64,000 bases of DNA from the human T2T-CHM13v2.0 reference genome, Homo sapiens, in assembly GCF_009914755.1 (NCBI RefSeq), contig NC_060931.1; one strand, written 5' to 3'. A model generated the notes under the pieces. That model worked only from the letters and a program-made list of their open reading frames with translations. It made no database searches and was not told where the DNA came from. A program made the position numbers and the translations under genes. Each line of letters begins with the position of its first letter. Within the stretch, counting starts at the first letter, position 1. Below are positions 56,601 through 64,000 of the stretch, one piece after another.

Positions 56601-57640
56601 AAAGTTGTGTATTTTCCTATGTGAGCTTCATTCCTCAATATATAGTTTTTAATTGTTATTGCTGATATAGAGAAGTGATCTTTATTCTTTTAAATTCTGT
56701 ACTAGGAAACTTGTATTCTTACTTCTAATAGTATATTAAATTCCTGTTGTGTTTTCTATAGTTGATCATAAAATCTATAAACAATGAACATTTTATTTTT
56801 TTCAATTCTGTACATGCATTGTTTCTTTTGCTGGGCTTTATGTATTACCCAGAAGGTCTGGTCCCTAGCAGGCATTCTTGTCCTCTCTGTATTTAAAGGG
56901 AGTAGTCAAGACTTCTGGTTACTGCTCCAGATATAAGAAACTCAGAGATCATTGCTTCTGTCCATGCAACAAGAAAAAAGCTGAGCAAACTAAAAATCAA
57001 CAACTCTTCTTAGAGCCATTAGAGGGCAGTCATAGAGCAAACTGTCACTCCCAAAATTAAGAAGATAGGCAGCACCAGGCAACTTACCAGAGCCAAAGCC
57101 CAGGAGCAGAGATGCCCACAGGGACAAGTACTGAAGAAAGAAATGTAACTCATAATGAAGGAAGTGTGGGAGGCTCAGGGAGAACAAATTTGAAAGTTAA
57201 AAATGAGGAAGACTCTGTCTTAGGAGGGTCCCCACACTTTCATCAGTTTTGCTCTTCTAGCCCTGCCAGGTTCTCACAGTGAGGGCGGGAGAAAAATCCC
57301 CTGATGCTTTTGGCAGGGTGAGATGAGAGGAGCTATTTTGAAGTATGCCCAGAGCATTCTGATTTTCTTAACAAGGCCTGCATCCAACTATATCAAAATT
57401 GCTCTAAATGTCAGTAGTCTAAATATACAGGTTAAAAGACAGAGATTGTTAGAATGATTTTTTTTAAAGTTCCAACTATATGTTTTCTGTGAAATTCTCA
57501 CTTTAAATATAAAAACTTGGATAGATTAAAAATGAAGAATTGGAGAAAGGTATACCATGTTAATACTAGTTAAAAGAGACCTGGAGAAGCTATACTAACT
57601 TTAGACAGAGCAGACTTCAGAGTAAGTAAAACTGCCAGGC

Positions 57641-57680
57641 ATATAAAGGTATATGAAGGTATATAAAGGTATATAAAGGT
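57641..57680. repeat. 10-bp tandem repeat (atataaaggt) x4
   Basis: Seen directly. Confidence 0.9.
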
Positions 57681-58267
57681 AACGACTGAGGAGTTGATTC
57701 TATCATAACATATACGGATTTAACAGAACATTGAAAGACGTGAGCAAGAGCATTGGTAGAAGTGCAAGGAGAAATTGATGAATCCACTTTCATAGTTGGA
57801 GATTTCAACATCCTTTCATTACTAATAGATCCAGTGGTTCAGTGATGATATAGTGAATTGAACAACACCTTCGGTCAACTGGACTTAATTAACATCTATA
57901 AAATACTTCATATAATAAGAACAGAATACACGTTGTTCTCAAGCTCACATGGAATATTCACCAAATTAGAACACATTATGGGGCAGAAAACATACCTTAA
58001 CAAATTGGAAAGATAGAAATCATGCAAGGTTTGCTCTTAGATTACAATAACAGAAAGATAGCTGGAAAATCCCAAAATACTTGGAGATTAAAGAAAACAC
58101 TTCTGAATAACATGTGGATTAAAGAAGAAATTTCAAGAAAAATTTAAAAAATATTTTTAACTAAATAAAAATTAAAATACAATTCATTACAATTTGTGAA
58201 ATGCAGTGAAAGCAGTGCTTAAATGGAAATTTATAGTATTCAATGTATATATTATAAAAGAGAAAGA

Positions 58268-58406
58268 TTTTATTTTTTATTTTATTTTCTACCAAATAGA
58301 AATGGGGTCCTGTTATGTTGCTCAGGGTGGTCTCAAACTCCTGGGCTCAAGGGATCTTCCTGCTTCTTAGTGCTGGGATTATAGGCATGAGCCAGCATAC
58401 CTGGCC
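58268..58406 (-). mobile_element. FLAM / Alu left monomer
   Basis: gggtcctgttatgttgctcagggtggtctcaaactcctgggctcaag...gagccagcatacctggcc. Confidence 0.85.
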
Positions 58407-58986
58407 TTAAAAACAATAATGTAGGCTCAACTGAAGTAAACTAGAAAAAGAAGAAAAGATTAAATTAAAACTAAGTAAAAACAAAGAAACAATAAAGCTT
58501 AAGGCAGTAATCATTGAACTTGGAGACAGGAAATCAATACAGAATGTCAATGAAGCAAAACAAATTTTTTGAAATAATTGATAAAATTGACAAACCTGTA
58601 AGAAGGAAAAAAAGAAAAAAGGAAGAAACACCATTATAGCAAGCTTGCAGGAAATAAGGTTAATGTACAAAAGTCAATTACTTTCTTACATGCCAATAAT
58701 GAACAATTGGAATTTGATATTGAAAACACAAAGCCATTTACATTTGAATGAAAAAATGAAACGCATATACAAATCTTTGAAAATATATACTAAATCTATT
58801 TGAGTGGAGACTGTAAAACTGTGAGGAAAAAAAACAAACATAAATAAATAGAGATACTCCATATACATGGATAAAAAGACTCAATATTTTAAAATAGCAG
58901 TTTTTCCCAATTTGATCTATAGATTCAATACAATCCCAATGAAAATCCTAGCAAGTTATTTTGTGGACATCAACAAACAGATTCTA

Positions 58987-59379
<393 letters not shown>

Positions 59380-60609
59380 TTACTATGAAGCTATAAGAAT
59401 CAAGACAATGGGGTATTGGCTAAGGAATAGACATATAGACTGTTGGAACCAAATAGAGAGTCCAGGCATAGATCCACAAAAATATAGTCAATGAAACTTG
59501 GACAAAAGTGCAGAGGGAATTCAACAGAGAATGGATAGTTTCTTTGACAAATGGTGCTGGAACAAGTGGGCATCCGTGTGCAAACAATAAAATAAATTCA
59601 GACAAGGACTGTATACTTTTTATAAAAGCAAACTCAAAATGGATCATAGACTTAGTTATAAAACTCTAGCATAAATCTTCTGGAAGATAAATCATATAGA
59701 AGAAAATCTAGGAGACTTTGGGTTTGGTGATTATTTTTTAGATACAGTGACCAAAAGCATGATCCAAGAAAGAAAAATAAAATGATAAATTAGACTTCAT
59801 TAAAATTAAAAAATTTCTGCTCTGAGATAGACACTGTTATGAGAAAGAAAAGATAATCCACAGACTGGGAGAAAATATTTGCAAAACACATGTAAGATAA
59901 AGGACTGTTATCCAAAATACACAAAGACACAAAGCTCAACAATAGGAAATTATTAAATATTGTAAAGGCATTGAATATTGTACTGACATTAAATTGTATT
60001 ATTGTAAAGGCATTAATTCCTTTATAAATGTATTATTGTAGAGGCATTAATGCCTTTATAAATGCCTTTACTATTGTAAAGGCATTAAATATTGTAAAGG
60101 TCAATTAAACAATCCAATTAAAATGAGCAAATATCAGAACAGATATCTCATCAAAAATATACAGATGGCAAATAGGTATATGAGAAGATATTCAACATTA
60201 TTATAATACAATTATAAATGAAAACAACAATGAGATACCACTATACACTTACTAGAATGGCTGAAATCTAAAACATTGAAAACTCATAAGCCAATTAAAC
60301 ATTTAGTAACAGGAACTCTCATTCGTTGCCAGCAGGAATGCACAGTGATATAACTAGTTTGGAAGAGAGTTTGGCAGTTTCTTACAAGACTAAACATAGT
60401 CTTACCATATGATCCAGTAATCATGCTCCCTGGTATTTACTCAAATGAATAAAAAATGTACATGCCCATAAAACTCTGCAAACAAATGTTTATAGCAGCT
60501 TTATTCAGAATTTCCACAATTTAGATGCAACTAATTCTTTCCATAGGTGAATGAATACACAAAGTGTGGTTCATCTATACAATGAAATATTACTCAACAA
60601 TAAAAAGAT

Positions 60610-61318
<709 letters not shown>

Positions 61319-62367
61319 GGTTCCTAGCCACATAAAGACATGAAGAAAACTTAATTATATATTGATAAGTGAAAGAAGCTAATGTGCAAAGACTATATAC
61401 TCTATGATTCAACTATATCACATCCTGGAAAAGCTAAAACTATGGAGGCATAAGAGGATCAGTACTAGCCAGGGATTTGTGGGGCAAGGATGAAATAGTG
61501 GAACACAAGGGATTTTTTGAGCTGTGAAATTATTTTGTTGGATACTTTAATGGTGAATGTATATAATTATACATCAGCCAAAACCCACAGAGTGACCAAA
61601 TTATGAACTATGTACTTTAGTCAATAATAATGTGTCAATATTAGCTCATTAATTGTAATTAATGTACAACACTCGTAAGATCTCAATAATCAGAAAGGCC
61701 AAGAGGGTATATAGGAACTCTCTATATTCTCTGCTCAAATTTTTGTAAACCTAAACTGCCCTAAAAAATGAATATTAATTTTTAAAAAGACAAGAAAAAA
61801 GTGAGTGACCTCAATTTTTAAATTAAGTGGCTTGAGAAACATAGTAATCAAATGAAATGTATATCTCCCAGTCTAGATTCTGATTTGAACAAATCAATGT
61901 AAAAATTAAGAGGAAATAATATTTTAAAGTGAAAGAAAAGGAGTACAGTTTAGTTTTTATGTATATATAATTTTGAAATTACACATGTAACTGTGTAATG
62001 CAGATACATTGATGATTAATACCCAAAAATCTATAAATGTTATCATATTTCGATTGCATTATAAATGTATTTTTCATTTAAGATATTTTGAATATTAATC
62101 ATCAATGCATTCATGAGAAACATGATTACTGTATTTTACAATAATGTGTTAGGTACAATTAGGAACATCTTAACTAAAATTTTTGCACCTATGTTTATAC
62201 AAAATAATGTGGATCTGTTGTCAAAATAATATTTATGTATTTATTTAAATTTTTCTCTTTATGCTTTAGACTTTGTTATCCTTTTGTTCTTGTCTGACAA
62301 AATGATTGGGTGACTTTGCCTTTTTTTCTTTTTTTTTTTTTTTTTTAAGAAGTCTTATAGTATAAGT

Positions 62368-62896
62368 CAGCAGCCCGCAACCTTTGTGGCACCAAAGACT
62401 GGTTTCGTGGAAGATAATTTTTCCATGGGTCAGGGTGGCGGGTGGCGGGGGATGATTTTGGGATGATTCAAACGCATTACATTTATTGTTCACTTTATTA
62501 TTATTACATTGTAATATATAATGAAATAATTATATAACTCGCCATAATTTAGAATCAGTGGGAGCCCTGAGGTTGTTTCCCTACAAGTAATCGGTCACAT
62601 CTTGGGGTGATGGGAGACAGTGACAGATCATAAGGCATTAGATTCCCATAAGGAGCCCACAAGCTAGATCCTTTGCATGTGCAGTTCACAATATAATTAG
62701 ATCCTCTCCTATGAGAATCTAATGCCATGGCTGATCTGACAGGAGGAAGAGATCAAGTGGTAATGTGAGTGATGAGGAGCAGCTGTAAATACAGATGAAG
62801 CTTCACTTCCTTGCCTGCCGCTTACCTCCAGCCGTGCAGCCGGGTTCCTAACAGGCCACAGACAGGTACTAGTCCATGGCCCAGAGGTTGGACCTG
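62368..62896 (-). mobile_element. MER1A (hAT-Charlie)
   Basis: About 530 bp. caacctttgtggcacc...ggtttcgtggaagataatttttcc...ggttcctaacaggccac, with the internal inverted repeat ggcattagattc/gaatctaatgcc. Confidence 0.9.
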
Positions 62897-63254
62897 GTGT
62901 AGATTCTCAGTTCCTTGAAATGCTGACACTATTTACTTGTAACAATGTCTTCACCTGGGACTTTTTTGAAGAGGTAACTTGAATCACCTTTTTAAATGTA
63001 TTTAAATATATCTATTCAAGTTGTCTATTTATTCTTGTTCCAAGTTATTGATTTATTTTTCATCCAGGTTTTAAAATTATTATTATACAGTTGTTTATAT
63101 ATACTTTTATAATTTTAACTACTATTATATATGTCTTCACCTCTCATTTTCTTTATTCTAAATTTTGTTTATTTGTGTCTTCTTTTTTATCTTCATGAAA
63201 TCAATGTATCTTTTTTTACATGCCAAATGTATTTCATAAAGCAAGAAAATGAAA

Positions 63255-63760
63255 TTTTATTTAATTAATTAATCTATTTATTTTTAGGTTCAGGTGTGCA
63301 TGTGTAGGTTTATTATATATGTAAATTTGTGTCATGGGGGTTTGTTGTACAAATTATTTCATCACTCAGGTATTAAGCCTAGTACCTTTTAGTTATTTTT
63401 CCTGATCCTCTCCCTCTTCCCACTCTCCACCCTCCAACAGGCCCCAGTGTGTGTTGTTCCCTTCTATGTGTCCATGTGTTCTCATCATTTAGCTCCCACT
63501 TATAAGTGAGAATATGCAGTAGTTGGTTTCTGTTCCTGCATTAGTTTGCTAAGGATAATGGCCTCCAGCTTCCTATATGTTCCTGCAAAGGACATGATCT
63601 TGTTCCTTTTTATGAATGCATAGTATTCCATGGTTGGTATGTACCACATTTTCTTTACCCAGTCTACCATTGATGGGCATTTAGGTTGATTTCATATTTT
63701 TGCTATTGTGAATAGTGCTGCAATGAACATATGCATCTATGTATCTTTATAATAAAATGA
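63255..63760 (-). mobile_element. L1PA11-13-type 3' end
   Basis: gtcatgggggtttgttgtacaaattatttcatcactcaggtattaagcctagtacc...gcaaaggacatgatct. Probable TSD aaatcaat(g/a)tatctt at 63198-63212 and 63761-63775. Confidence 0.92.
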
Positions 63761-63777
63761 AAATCAATATATCTTAT

Positions 63778-64000
63778 TAATACAGGAGGTAGAAAGAAAT
63801 TATTTAGACAGGTAGTGAGGACAACAAAGTCCTCGGCAGAGCTATCCTTTTAGTAAAAAGCAGCACCCCAAATCATGTCTTTTCTAACAAAGAGCAGCCT
63901 GAAAAATTGATCTGCAAAGATAGATAGGCAAGCTGGATGCTTGCAAGAGGGAATGCTGGCAGCTGCACCAAGAGAAAAGGGCTACCTGGGTGCCAGGCAT
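63778..64000 (+). mobile_element. ERV1 LTR, MER50-like (MER4 group), running off the window end
   Basis: atacaggaggtagaaagaaattatttagacag...ttctaacaaagagcagcctgaaaaat...aagggctacctgg. Confidence 0.75.

Noticed and set aside
59950-60104. Repeat-spacer appearance suggesting a CRISPR array
   Set aside because: The units are about 15 bp, irregular and in both orientations, with no unique spacers or cas genes, and the context is a primate L1.

Overview
Primate genomic DNA, most likely human or another hominoid given the AluY, THE1 and L1PA3-type insertions. It looks intergenic or intronic and is rich in repeats. I see no credible cellular protein-coding exon, RNA gene, CpG island or CRISPR-like system. 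The only real coding remnants are LINE-1 ORF2 pieces, the clearest being the decayed C-terminus at 55069-56386. Recognisable elements are a full-length THE1B-type MaLR provirus with an intact CCTGG TSD, solo THE1/MST/MLT1 LTRs, about a dozen Alu/FLAM copies, L1 fragments of many ages, L2/MIR remnants and Tigger/Charlie MITEs. The most unusual signal is a set of locally templated duplications and fold-backs that repeat families do not explain: a ~570-bp composite insertion at 38.3-38.9 kb, a 53-bp hairpin copied 2.35 kb away, a fold-back duplication beside (TA)25, and a mosaic insert inside an old L1. There is also a probable L1 3' transduction, four intact DUX4 motifs in THE1 LTRs, and some candidate non-coding exons and enhancer motif clusters. 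Subfamily names come from recalled consensus sequences and need RepeatMasker/Dfam confirmation. I found no novel gene system.
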